Source: Candidatus Woesearchaeota archaeon (lineage in GTDB: Archaea; Nanobdellota; Nanobdellia; Pacearchaeales; GW2011-AR1). Taken from it: a stretch of DNA of 10,394 bases. Below the pieces are notes generated by a model, which was given only the letters and a program-made list of their open reading frames with translations, did not search any database and had not been told where the DNA came from. Position 1 is the stretch's first letter, and the number at the start of each line of letters is the position of its first letter. Where the stretch lies: NCBI GenBank assembly GCA_964594495.1, contig CAZQLX010000015.1:9451-19844 (forward strand), read 5' to 3'. Position numbers and translations under genes: made by a program. This document shows, piece after piece, positions 1 to 6,523 of the stretch.

Positions 1-109
1 ACAAGTAAAGCGACAAGAGAGAAAGAAGGAAAGAGAGAAATTAGCAAGAAAGGAAAAAGCAGCGAAGACGAGAGCAAAAAACAAGAAGAAAAAAGGTCGT
101 AGGAAGTAG
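1..109 (+). CDS. Possible 3' end of an upstream CDS (partial, K/E/R-rich C-terminal tail); frame ambiguous
   Basis: Frames 1 and 2 are both open from the window edge, with stops at TAG 100-102 and TAG 107-109. Frame 2 reads QVKRQERKKEREKLARKEKAAKTRAKNKKKKGRRK*, a plausible basic tail. The tract is 104/120 purines, so absence of stop codons is weak evidence. Frame and even coding status are uncertain. Confidence 0.3.
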   Translation, partial: QVKRQERKKEREKLARKEKAAKTRAKNKKKKGRRK

Positions 110-120
110 AAAGAGGAAAG

Positions 121-825
121 ATGGAATACTATTCTTATAGAAGAAAAGCAAATAGAGACTTTGTATTGATAATTAAAAACTTATCGATGGTGAGTTGGTT
201 GATAATAATCAGCGTTGTTATTTCTGTAGTTGGATTTATTTCTTGGGCTTTAGCTCCGGGAAGTATTATTTATTTTGCTTTAAAGCCTGCCAATATTTTA
301 AGTGGAGAGGCGATATGGACTTTAATTGTTCATATGTTTGCTCATGGAAATTTAATTCATTTGTTGATTAACATGTTTGTTCTGTTTTCTTTAGGAAAGT
401 TATCTGAAAAAATAATTGGGAGAAAAAGATTTTTGTGGTTTTACTTAGCTGCGGGAGTGTTTGCAGGGATTTTATCAGTTTTACTCGCAGGTTATTTTGG
501 TTATGGTGGGGGGGCAAAGATCTTTGGAACACCTGATACATACATGGTTGGAGCTTCAGGAGCAATTTTTGGAATAGCAGGATTATTTGTGATGCTTCTC
601 CCTAAAATTAGATTTGGAATTATATTTATTCCATTCTTTTCATTGCCTGCTTATGTTATGGTTCCTTTAGTTCTTATCTTAACATGGGCAGCAACTCTTG
701 CTGCGGGGTTGCCTATAGGCAACGTAGCACACCTTGGAGGGTTTTTAGCAGGACTTGGGTATGGGTATTACTTAAGAGTAAGATATAGAAAAAAAGTAAT
801 AATGTTACAAAGAATGTTCAGATGA
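121..825 (+). CDS. Rhomboid-family intramembrane serine protease
   Basis: 234 aa and polytopic. It has the HxxxxHxxxN motif (HGNLIHLLIN), the catalytic GxSG (GASG, Ser146 at nt 556-558) and the catalytic His in AHLGGFLAGL (His204 at nt 730-732). GAGG lies at 113-116, 4 nt upstream of the ATG. The arrangement matches the rhomboid family (PF01694). Confidence 0.9.
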   Translation: MEYYSYRRKANRDFVLIIKNLSMVSWLIIISVVISVVGFISWALAPGSIIYFALKPANILSGEAIWTLIVHMFAHGNLIHLLINMFVLFSLGKLSEKIIGRKRFLWFYLAAGVFAGILSVLLAGYFGYGGGAKIFGTPDTYMVGASGAIFGIAGLFVMLLPKIRFGIIFIPFFSLPAYVMVPLVLILTWAATLAAGLPIGNVAHLGGFLAGLGYGYYLRVRYRKKVIMLQRMFR

Positions 826-1418
826 AAATAAAAAAACAGAGGAAAATAGTAGATTTTAAAAAACAATATAAAGAAGCCGGAAGTTATGTTCGTGAGTCGA
901 GACACTACATCTTTTTTGTAATTGCTTTGTTTATTTTATGTGTTATAATCGGAATTGTTTTTGCAGATTATTTTGCTATTTATCTTCAAGATGTTTTAAA
1001 GAAGCTTGTTGGACAAACTGAGAATATGAACGGTGGAGAATTGATGTTCTTTATATTGCAAAATAATTTTAAAAGTGCGTTGTTTGCTGTTCTGGGAGGA
1101 ATTATTTTAGGAATTTATCCTTTCATCAATGTAATCGTTAATGGGGTATTAGTTGGGTTTGTTTTGGAAAGAGTTGTTGATGCTGTTGGATTTAGCGCGG
1201 TGTGGAGATTGTTCCCTCATGGTATTTTTGAATTGCCAGCTATTTTTGTTGCTTTTGGAATAGGAATACGACTGGGGACAGCAATATTTAATGAGGCGCC
1301 TTGGAAAGAACTGAAAAGAAGATTTTATCATTCGATGAATGTGTTGCTTTTTGTTGTATTGCCTTTGTTGATTGTTGCTGCGGTGATTGAGGGATTGTTG
1401 ATTGCTTTTGGAGCTTGA
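822..1418 (+). CDS. SpoIIM / DUF95-family integral membrane protein
   Basis: 198 aa with about 5 hydrophobic segments. The family-typical block LFPHGIFELPAIFVAFGIGIRLG and a C-terminal AAVIEG resemble stage II sporulation protein M-like proteins. The start overlaps the rhomboid stop (ATGA at 822-825), indicating translational coupling. Confidence 0.8.
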   Translation: MKIKKQRKIVDFKKQYKEAGSYVRESRHYIFFVIALFILCVIIGIVFADYFAIYLQDVLKKLVGQTENMNGGELMFFILQNNFKSALFAVLGGIILGIYPFINVIVNGVLVGFVLERVVDAVGFSAVWRLFPHGIFELPAIFVAFGIGIRLGTAIFNEAPWKELKRRFYHSMNVLLFVVLPLLIVAAVIEGLLIAFGA

Positions 1419-1422
1419 GAAG

Positions 1423-1430
1423 ATATAAAA
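1423..1430 (+). promoter_or_regulatory. Putative archaeal TATA box for the 1453 gene
   Basis: ATATAAAA begins 30 nt upstream of ATG 1453, the same spacing seen at five other units in this window. It overlaps a short AAAGG..CCTTT palindrome followed by a T-rich run. Confidence 0.4.
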
Positions 1431-1452
1431 GGGGCCTTTTATTATTTAGCAT

Positions 1453-1965
1453 ATGGGGAATAAGTACTTGAAATTTTACTTAATTACTGCGATTATTGTT
1501 ATAGCACTGGCATTGATTTTTTTATTTTATCCTTTTCAAAAGGATAATTTTGTTTTAGAGGAAAATGAGATCCTAATGGAGAATTTTTCTTATAATTACA
1601 AAAAAGATACATCTTCTAATCAAGTGAGAGGGGAATGGGAAACTTTGGCTTTTAATTATAATGAATCTAAAATTAATGTAGTTTCTGAACAAACTCATCC
1701 AGGACCATCATATGGGCAAACCTCATCAGTGTATAAGTTTAGAAATGATTCTTCAATTTTGAGAGACATTCCTGGAGATTTTGTATCAAGATATTGTACT
1801 GAGGAGATAAAATCTCCAGATAATTTTTATTCTTATGGTACACTATCAATGAATTGTTCCTTTCGATTAATTTTGACAGTTTTAAAGAGGGAATCATTCT
1901 CTGTTTGTTTAATTGATGAAGAATGTACTTTAGTTTATGGTGAAGATATTAGGATTTCTTCTTAA
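1453..1965 (+). CDS. Hypothetical protein with an N-terminal membrane anchor and a Cys-containing extracytoplasmic domain
   Basis: 170 aa. It has an N-terminal hydrophobic helix (YLITAIIVIALALIFLFY), then a polar domain with a cluster of Cys residues towards the C-terminus (SRYCTEE, SMNCSF, FSVCLIDEEC). A 170-codon ORF is unlikely by chance in DNA this AT-rich. ATATAAAA at 1423-1430 sits 30 nt upstream of the ATG. I recognise no family. Confidence 0.6.
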   Translation: MGNKYLKFYLITAIIVIALALIFLFYPFQKDNFVLEENEILMENFSYNYKKDTSSNQVRGEWETLAFNYNESKINVVSEQTHPGPSYGQTSSVYKFRNDSSILRDIPGDFVSRYCTEEIKSPDNFYSYGTLSMNCSFRLILTVLKRESFSVCLIDEECTLVYGEDIRISS

Positions 1966-2069
1966 ACTAACTTTAATTATGAGAGTTGAGATTCATTAAC
2001 TTTTAAAAGTGTGAAAGATAGGTAGAAATGAGGTAATATGGGCCGATAAAGGCATAATGTAAAGAGACA

Positions 2070-2606
2070 ATGGAAATATCTAAAGAGAGCGTAGAGGAAA
2101 TTGATGAAGCTGTAGAACTGGAGAATATTAAAAAAGTAGAGGCGGCTTTGTTCTTATCTGGGAGATATATGAATTTACAAGAATTAGTTAGTTTGACTGA
2201 TGTTAATCCTATGCTATTGAGAAGGATTTTGAGCGATTTAGAAGATAAATATAAAGGATCGGGAATAGAAATTATAAGTAAAGATAATCTATGGAAAATG
2301 GATGTTTCGCAGGAATATACCTGGATGATAAATAAACTAGCGACGGGGAGTAGTGAGTTTTCTAAAGCGGAACAAGAGACGTTGGCGATTATTGCATATA
2401 AACAGCCGATAAAACAAAGCGTACTTGTTAAAATTAGGGGAAATAAAGCCTATGATCATATAAAGAGATTTGTTGAAATGGGGCTAATTACAAAGAAGAG
2501 AATGGGGCATACTGCAGAATTGAATTTGAGTGATACTTTTTACGAGTATTTCCACGTGAACAAGGGGGAGGGGAGTAATATTCAAGGGGAAATACTTCAA
2601 GAATAA
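2070..2606 (+). CDS. scpB: Segregation and condensation protein B (ScpB, SMC-kleisin partner)
   Basis: 178 aa. VEAALFLSGRYMNLQELVSL and especially EQETLAIIAYKQPIKQSVLVKIRG closely match the conserved ScpB winged-helix blocks (compare bacterial ETLAIIAYRQPIT), family PF04079. Confidence 0.88.
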   Translation: MEISKESVEEIDEAVELENIKKVEAALFLSGRYMNLQELVSLTDVNPMLLRRILSDLEDKYKGSGIEIISKDNLWKMDVSQEYTWMINKLATGSSEFSKAEQETLAIIAYKQPIKQSVLVKIRGNKAYDHIKRFVEMGLITKKRMGHTAELNLSDTFYEYFHVNKGEGSNIQGEILQE

Positions 2607-2610
2607 TAGA

Positions 2611-3873
2611 ATGGACATATATACAATTTTAATTTATATTTTATCTTATATCGGGATTTACGCTACTTGTTTTTATATTATAAGTGTTATAAAACATTAC
2701 AGGGTAAAAAAAGAGGTTGAACAAAAGAAATTTGAAGGCAGTGTGAGCATAATTATTCCAGCATATAACGAGGAAAAGACTATTGAAAGAACAATAGAAT
2801 CTGCTATAAGCTTAAATTATCCTAAAAATAAAATAGAAATTATTGTCGTAGACGATGGAAGTAAAGATAAAACATACGAATTAGCGAAAAAGTTTGAGAA
2901 TATTAAGGAAAGAAAAATAAGGGTTTTTACTAAACGTAATGGGGGGAAAGGATCGGCATTAAATTTAGGCATAAGTAAAGCGCAGGGCGAGGTTATTATT
3001 ACAATGGATGCTGATACATTCGTGAATCCGGAAGCATTGAAAAAAATGGTGGTATTTTTTGGTAATTCTGAAGTTATGTCGGTTACTCCATCTATGGGAA
3101 TTACCCATCCAAGAAATTTGTGGGAGAGAATACAGCAAATAGAATATTATGTCGGAGTGTTTTTGAGAAAAGCTTTTGCTACCGTAAATGCTATTCATAT
3201 TACTCCAGGGGCTTTCTCTGCTTATAGGAAAAAGTTTTTTGATAAATATGGAGGATATGAAGAAGGAAATATTACTGAAGATTTAGAAATTGCATTGAGA
3301 ATACAACACCATGGATATGTTATTGAGAATGCAGAGGATGCTGCTATTTATACTGTTGCTCCAAGAACCTTTAAAGGGATGCTTTTTCAGAGGAGAAGAT
3401 GGTATGTTGGATTGATGAAGAATCTTTGGAAATATAGAACTCTTTTTGGGCTTAAGAAAGGACCCTTGGGAACACTAATATTGCCTGTTGCCGTGATAAC
3501 TGTTTTGTTATCTATCGCTTTGACGATATACGTTGTTTTTAAAACGTTATCTGATCTAGCTAGCGGATTGGCGTATCTGAAATCGGTTAATTTTCAATTT
3601 GCAAATACCTTTGAATTGAGTTTTTATGTTATTGAAAATTTCTTTTATAGTTTATTTAGCAATCCTTTATTCTTAGTGAGTTTTGTATTTGTAATTATAT
3701 TAGCGTTTTATTTGTATTTTGCAAGAAGAAAGATGAAGTTTTCAGAAGGGGTAATATTTAATTTTGTGTTATTTATTGTGGTTTATACTTTTCTTTTTAC
3801 TTTTTGGTGGATAGTTTCTATATTATATGTAATGTTTAATAGAAAAGTCGCTTGGAGGGAAAATAAAAGATGA
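2611..3873 (+). CDS. Family-2 glycosyltransferase of the processive membrane-embedded synthase type (PgaC/IcaA/NodC/cellulose-synthase-like)
   Basis: 420 aa. It has one N-terminal TM helix and a GT-A domain with DDG (nt 2851-2859), DAD (3007-3015), TED (3274-3282) and QRRRW (3388-3402), followed by several C-terminal TM helices. The D,D,D,Q(R/Q)xRW signature is the hallmark of processive GT2 polysaccharide synthases. The product sugar cannot be read from the sequence. Confidence 0.88.
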   Translation: MDIYTILIYILSYIGIYATCFYIISVIKHYRVKKEVEQKKFEGSVSIIIPAYNEEKTIERTIESAISLNYPKNKIEIIVVDDGSKDKTYELAKKFENIKERKIRVFTKRNGGKGSALNLGISKAQGEVIITMDADTFVNPEALKKMVVFFGNSEVMSVTPSMGITHPRNLWERIQQIEYYVGVFLRKAFATVNAIHITPGAFSAYRKKFFDKYGGYEEGNITEDLEIALRIQHHGYVIENAEDAAIYTVAPRTFKGMLFQRRRWYVGLMKNLWKYRTLFGLKKGPLGTLILPVAVITVLLSIALTIYVVFKTLSDLASGLAYLKSVNFQFANTFELSFYVIENFFYSLFSNPLFLVSFVFVIILAFYLYFARRKMKFSEGVIFNFVLFIVVYTFLFTFWWIVSILYVMFNRKVAWRENKR

Positions 3874-4502
3874 ATAGAAAATATCTTTCACACTATTTTC
3901 TAGCATTTATATTAGCAACGATTATATTTAGCTTGGTATTCTTGGTTTCTTACGCAGTTTCATTTGCCAATTATAAATCTGTAGGAAAAGATACTAATTT
4001 AATCAGGGATTATGTTAAAGATTTGGACTTATATCTTAATCAATCTTTATGTGAAAGCGAATTACTGTACGATGCATCTGACAAACTAGACTTTGTGGGG
4101 AATAAATTAAATATTTTGGAAACCAGGCTGGGAAAAAATGATAAAAGAGTTTTAGAACAGAAGAAATTATATAGCGAATTGGAAGTAAAACATTTTCAAA
4201 TTGTGGAAAAGATAAATGAAGAGTGTGAAGGTAAATTTATCACCCTTTTATTCTTTTATTCTAATAGCGAAAACAGTAGAGATGCGAGTGAAAAATCTGG
4301 ATTTATTTTAGATACTTTTAAGCGTGGAAATGTAGAGAATGTTATGACTTATTCTTTTGATTTTGATTTAGAGGCTGGCGTAATAAACTTCTTGAAGGCA
4401 AAATATGGTGTTGAAGACGCCCCTATTGTTATAGTAAAGGGAACGGATTTGGTAAGAGTGGATGATATCGGTGATCTCGAGAAATATATTTTAGGACAAT
4501 AA
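3870..4502 (+). CDS. Hypothetical membrane-anchored protein; the C-terminal region resembles a CxxC-less thioredoxin fold
   Basis: 210 aa. The ATG overlaps the GT2 stop (ATGA at 3870-3873), with GGAGGGA at 3855-3861. It has an N-terminal TM helix (FLAFILATIIFSLVFLVSYAV) and a helical middle. The C-terminal pattern ITLLFFYS...VMTYSFD...APIVIVKG...LVRV resembles the beta-alpha-beta order of a thioredoxin fold but lacks CxxC. The fold call is inference only. Confidence 0.6.
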   Translation: MNRKYLSHYFLAFILATIIFSLVFLVSYAVSFANYKSVGKDTNLIRDYVKDLDLYLNQSLCESELLYDASDKLDFVGNKLNILETRLGKNDKRVLEQKKLYSELEVKHFQIVEKINEECEGKFITLLFFYSNSENSRDASEKSGFILDTFKRGNVENVMTYSFDFDLEAGVINFLKAKYGVEDAPIVIVKGTDLVRVDDIGDLEKYILGQ

Positions 4503-4522
4503 ACAATAAAAAGCCATAAAAC

Positions 4523-4527
4523 AGGAG
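4523..4527 (+). promoter_or_regulatory. Shine-Dalgarno for the operon-internal HTH gene
   Basis: AGGAG lies 5 nt upstream of ATG 4533. There is no TATA-like box in the 30-nt spacer after the previous gene. Confidence 0.5.
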
Positions 4528-4532
4528 TTTTT

Positions 4533-5126
4533 ATGGAAAATTTGGTAGATGCGATCGATGATGGTAAAATTATACGGGTTAGAGAAGAATATGCGAGAAG
4601 AGAAGGACTTTTCATTCTTAGAAAAGTAGAGGAAATGAAGGAAGAAAAATTAAGTAGAAAAGGAAAAATTGAAGAGGAGAGATTAGGATTTGACGAGCTA
4701 AGAAGACCCTTGAATTTACGAAAGAGTCAAGTTATATCTGAGTTGAAAGATAATTTTCAGTGGGAAATTTTAAGCGCAAGAAAGAAGAAGGGATTAAACA
4801 GGAAACAAGTTGCAAATGCTATTGGGATGACGGAAAATGATGTTAAGCTCATTGAAAATGGACTTTTACCTAAGGAAGATTTTGTTTTAGTAAATAAAAT
4901 TCAAGATTTTTATAAGATAAATTTAAGAAAAGATGGAAAAGATTTTAGTGGTTGGGCAAGATACAAAGTTGATTTGAGTAAAGGTATTTTTGGATCTGAA
5001 AAGAAAGAAGAGGTAAAAATGGAGAGAAAAATGGGGATGGGCATAAATAATGATGATGTTGGGGTGGAAAAAGATAGTGTTGATGAGTTAGAGCTTCCTG
5101 ATATAGAATTAGAGGATGAAAATTAA
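4533..5126 (+). CDS. XRE/MBF1-type helix-turn-helix protein with an acidic C-terminal tail
   Basis: 197 aa. The HTH lies at about aa 77-130 (nt ~4761-4922): LSARKKKGLNRKQVANAIGMTENDVKLIENGLLPKEDFVLVNKIQDFYKINL. This follows the MBF1/HTH_3 pattern (PF01381). There is no Cys, so no zinc ribbon. The C-terminus is DSVDELELPDIELEDEN. AGGAG at 4523-4527 lies 5 nt before the ATG. Confidence 0.7.
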   Translation: MENLVDAIDDGKIIRVREEYARREGLFILRKVEEMKEEKLSRKGKIEEERLGFDELRRPLNLRKSQVISELKDNFQWEILSARKKKGLNRKQVANAIGMTENDVKLIENGLLPKEDFVLVNKIQDFYKINLRKDGKDFSGWARYKVDLSKGIFGSEKKEEVKMERKMGMGINNDDVGVEKDSVDELELPDIELEDEN

Positions 5127-5200
5127 GAGTTTTAGCACAGCAAAAGGGTTTATAACAAGATTTAGAAAATCATTGACAAAGTTGGGATTTCTCGCAAGCT

Positions 5201-5216
5201 CGAAAGCTTTATAAAT
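5201..5216 (+). promoter_or_regulatory. Putative BRE + TATA box of rpoL
   Basis: CGAAAG (purine-rich and BRE-like) is followed by CTTTATAAAT. The first T of TTTATAAAT (5208) lies 29 nt upstream of ATG 5237, which implies a leaderless transcript. Confidence 0.55.
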
Positions 5217-5236
5217 TAACTTTTTGAGAGATAGAT

Positions 5237-5494
5237 ATGAATGTTGAAGTTGTAACGGCTGAAAAGAATGATTTGGAAGTTAAACTTGATAATCTTACAG
5301 TTGCTGAGATACTGAGAGTTTACTTAAATGAAGGCGGAGTGGAATTCGCTGCTTGGAGAAGGGAACATCCATTTAAGCCTTTGACTTTGAAAGTAAAAAC
5401 ATCTGGAGAGACGGCAAAAAAGGCGGTGAGTGATGCTGTAAGTGCAATAAAGAAAGATTTGGATAAGTTGAATTCTGTTGTTAAGAAGAAATAG
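5237..5494 (+). CDS. rpoL: DNA-directed RNA polymerase subunit L (Rpo11 / RpoL)
   Basis: 85 aa. LEVKLDNLTVAEILRVYLNEGGVEFAAWRREHPF...LKVKT matches the conserved core of archaeal subunit L / eukaryotic Rpb11 (FAaY..xHPl). The size is typical. It has its own BRE/TATA at 5201-5216. Confidence 0.85.
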   Translation: MNVEVVTAEKNDLEVKLDNLTVAEILRVYLNEGGVEFAAWRREHPFKPLTLKVKTSGETAKKAVSDAVSAIKKDLDKLNSVVKKK

Positions 5495-5495
5495 A

Positions 5496-5506
5496 TTTAA
5501 TAATAA
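5496..5506 (+). promoter_or_regulatory. Putative TATA box of the glycosylase-like gene
   Basis: TTTAATAATAA starts 2 nt after the rpoL stop and 29 nt upstream of ATG 5525. Confidence 0.35.
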
Positions 5507-5524
5507 GTTTCTATATTTTGTTTG

Positions 5525-6286
5525 ATGAATAGTTTATTGATTTCAAAGTGTAAATTGTTGCTTGATGCCTATAAGACAGGTAAATTAGGTCAAACAAAAA
5601 TGCCTGAAGATGCAAATCCTGGATTTTCTGATAAAGATATCGAGGTGAGACTTGCTTATTTTAGTTTGCCAATGGCTCTTAATTATCAAAGAGATAGCTA
5701 TAGGCTTTGGGAAGCTGCTTTGAAGACGTATAATGATGCTGAGACAAGAGAAGTCTTTGATGTTTCTAAAGTTATTTTATTAAGCGAGGATAAACTGAGG
5801 GGGTTTCTTACAAAATATAAATTAGCTTTACAACCCAATAAGCAAACAAACACTTGGAAAATAATTGCAAAAACAGTTTATGAGAATTTTGGAACTTTTT
5901 CTGAGCTAATAAAGCAATCAGATAATGATTATTTAAAATTAAAAGATAATATTCAAAATAAACTTAAGAAAGGATTTCCATATCTTTCTGGACCGAAGAT
6001 ATTTAATTACTGGTCTTTTATAATAAGTACATATGGGAATGTTAAGTTAAAAAATGCTGATTTAATAGAAATTGCTCCCGATACCCACATTATACAGTGC
6101 TCGGTTATATTGGGTTTGATATCTAAAGAAGATGCGGAGATACTTACTAAAGACAAGATATCGGAGAGATGGCGAAACGTGCTACATAATTCTGGGATAA
6201 ATCCTATTGATATGCATCCACCTTTATGGTTCTGGAGTAGAAATGGATTTATTTACCAACTTCCCGAGTTACTTGAGGATAGCTAG
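5525..6286 (+). CDS. Divergent HhH-GPD-superfamily DNA glycosylase-like protein without an Fe-S cluster
   Basis: 253 aa counted from ATG 5525; the track starts at TTG 5522. FPYLSGPKIFNYWSFII (G-P-K at nt 5990-5998) followed by IEIAPDTHIIQCSVILGLI (Asp at 6080-6082) parallels the hairpin LPGVGxKTA ... VDTHIxRV block of EndoIII-type enzymes (PF00730). There is no C-terminal Cys cluster. The assignment rests on motifs only. Confidence 0.5.
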   Translation: MNSLLISKCKLLLDAYKTGKLGQTKMPEDANPGFSDKDIEVRLAYFSLPMALNYQRDSYRLWEAALKTYNDAETREVFDVSKVILLSEDKLRGFLTKYKLALQPNKQTNTWKIIAKTVYENFGTFSELIKQSDNDYLKLKDNIQNKLKKGFPYLSGPKIFNYWSFIISTYGNVKLKNADLIEIAPDTHIIQCSVILGLISKEDAEILTKDKISERWRNVLHNSGINPIDMHPPLWFWSRNGFIYQLPELLEDS

Positions 6287-6287
6287 A

Positions 6288-6295
6288 TTTATTAA
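6288..6295 (+). promoter_or_regulatory. Putative TATA box of the 57-aa ORF
   Basis: TTTATTAA lies 42 nt upstream of ATG 6330. Using the ~29-nt rule seen elsewhere, the TSS would fall near 6317, giving a short leader that starts at the SD. Confidence 0.35.
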
Positions 6296-6316
6296 GGTAT
6301 TTTGTTTCTAGATATT

Positions 6317-6325
6317 AAGGAGGTG
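6317..6325 (+). promoter_or_regulatory. Strong Shine-Dalgarno sequence
   Basis: AAGGAGGTG contains an 8-nt match (AGGAGGTG) to the complement of the conserved 16S rRNA 3' end (CACCUCCU). A 4-nt spacer separates it from ATG 6330. Confidence 0.6.
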
Positions 6326-6329
6326 TGAG

Positions 6330-6503
6330 ATGAATTGTAATTGCAGTATGGCAAACGCTGTGCTTGCTATCATTGCGTTGGTTTTCATTTTTGTGAAAAT
6401 CGGTGATGGAACTGCGTCAATGTGGATAACCGTAGTTGCTACGGCTTTGATCTTAATACACTCGTTGATACATAAGCATACAGAGTCGGGTAAAAGAAGA
6501 TAA
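6330..6503 (+). CDS. Small (57 aa) two-TM membrane protein; not in the supplied ORF track
   Basis: It starts at ATG 6330 and ends at TAA 6501-6503. My translation is MNCNCSMANAVLAIIALVFIFVKIGDGTASMWITVVATALILIHSLIHKHTESGKRR. That gives two hydrophobic helices joined by a KIGDGT turn and a basic C-terminus. It is preceded by AAGGAGGTG (6317-6325, 4-nt spacer) and followed by oligo-T runs. It fills an otherwise 270-nt gap in a genome with very short spacers. Confidence 0.6.
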   Translation: MNCNCSMANAVLAIIALVFIFVKIGDGTASMWITVVATALILIHSLIHKHTESGKRR

Positions 6504-6510
6504 AAACCCT

Positions 6511-6523
6511 TATTTTTTATTTT
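6511..6523 (+). terminator. Oligo-T tract; putative archaeal terminator after the 57-aa ORF
   Basis: TATTTTTTATTTT contains a T6 run (6513-6518) and a T4 run (6520-6523), starting 8 nt after the stop codon. Archaeal RNAP terminates at oligo-T. Confidence 0.45.

Noticed and set aside
368-565. 65-aa ORF on the - strand
   Set aside because: It is entirely antisense to the well-supported rhomboid CDS. It has no start-site signals, and its composition is that of a shadow ORF.
1149-1331. 60-aa ORF on the - strand
   Set aside because: It is embedded antisense in the SpoIIM-like CDS. It has no motif, promoter or RBS.
1999-2010. 12-nt palindrome ACTTTTAAAAGT upstream of scpB
   Set aside because: It is a low-complexity A/T palindrome that could simply be a TATA-like element. 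It is about 60 nt from the ATG, so its role is unclear, and it is too weak to call.
2028-2062. Three mini-uORFs (ATG-AGG-TAA, ATG-GGC-CGA-TAA, ATG-TAA) in the spacer before scpB
   Set aside because: ATG followed quickly by a stop is expected by chance in DNA this AT-rich. There is no SD or conservation evidence, and the spacer may not even be transcribed as a leader.
2965-3198. 77-aa ORF on the - strand
   Set aside because: It is embedded antisense in the GT2 catalytic domain, where the + frame carries DAD and other conserved motifs.
4349-4615. 88-aa ORF on the - strand spanning the 4503-4532 spacer
   Set aside because: It overlaps the ends of two better-supported + strand genes and their SD. 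It has an S/I/K/T-rich, shadow-ORF-like composition.
5196-5209. 5-bp stem (AAGCT-CGAA-AGCTT) abutting the rpoL TATA box
   Set aside because: The stem is too short to distinguish from chance. I mention it only as a weak parallel to the 10-bp inverted repeat at 7717-7739.
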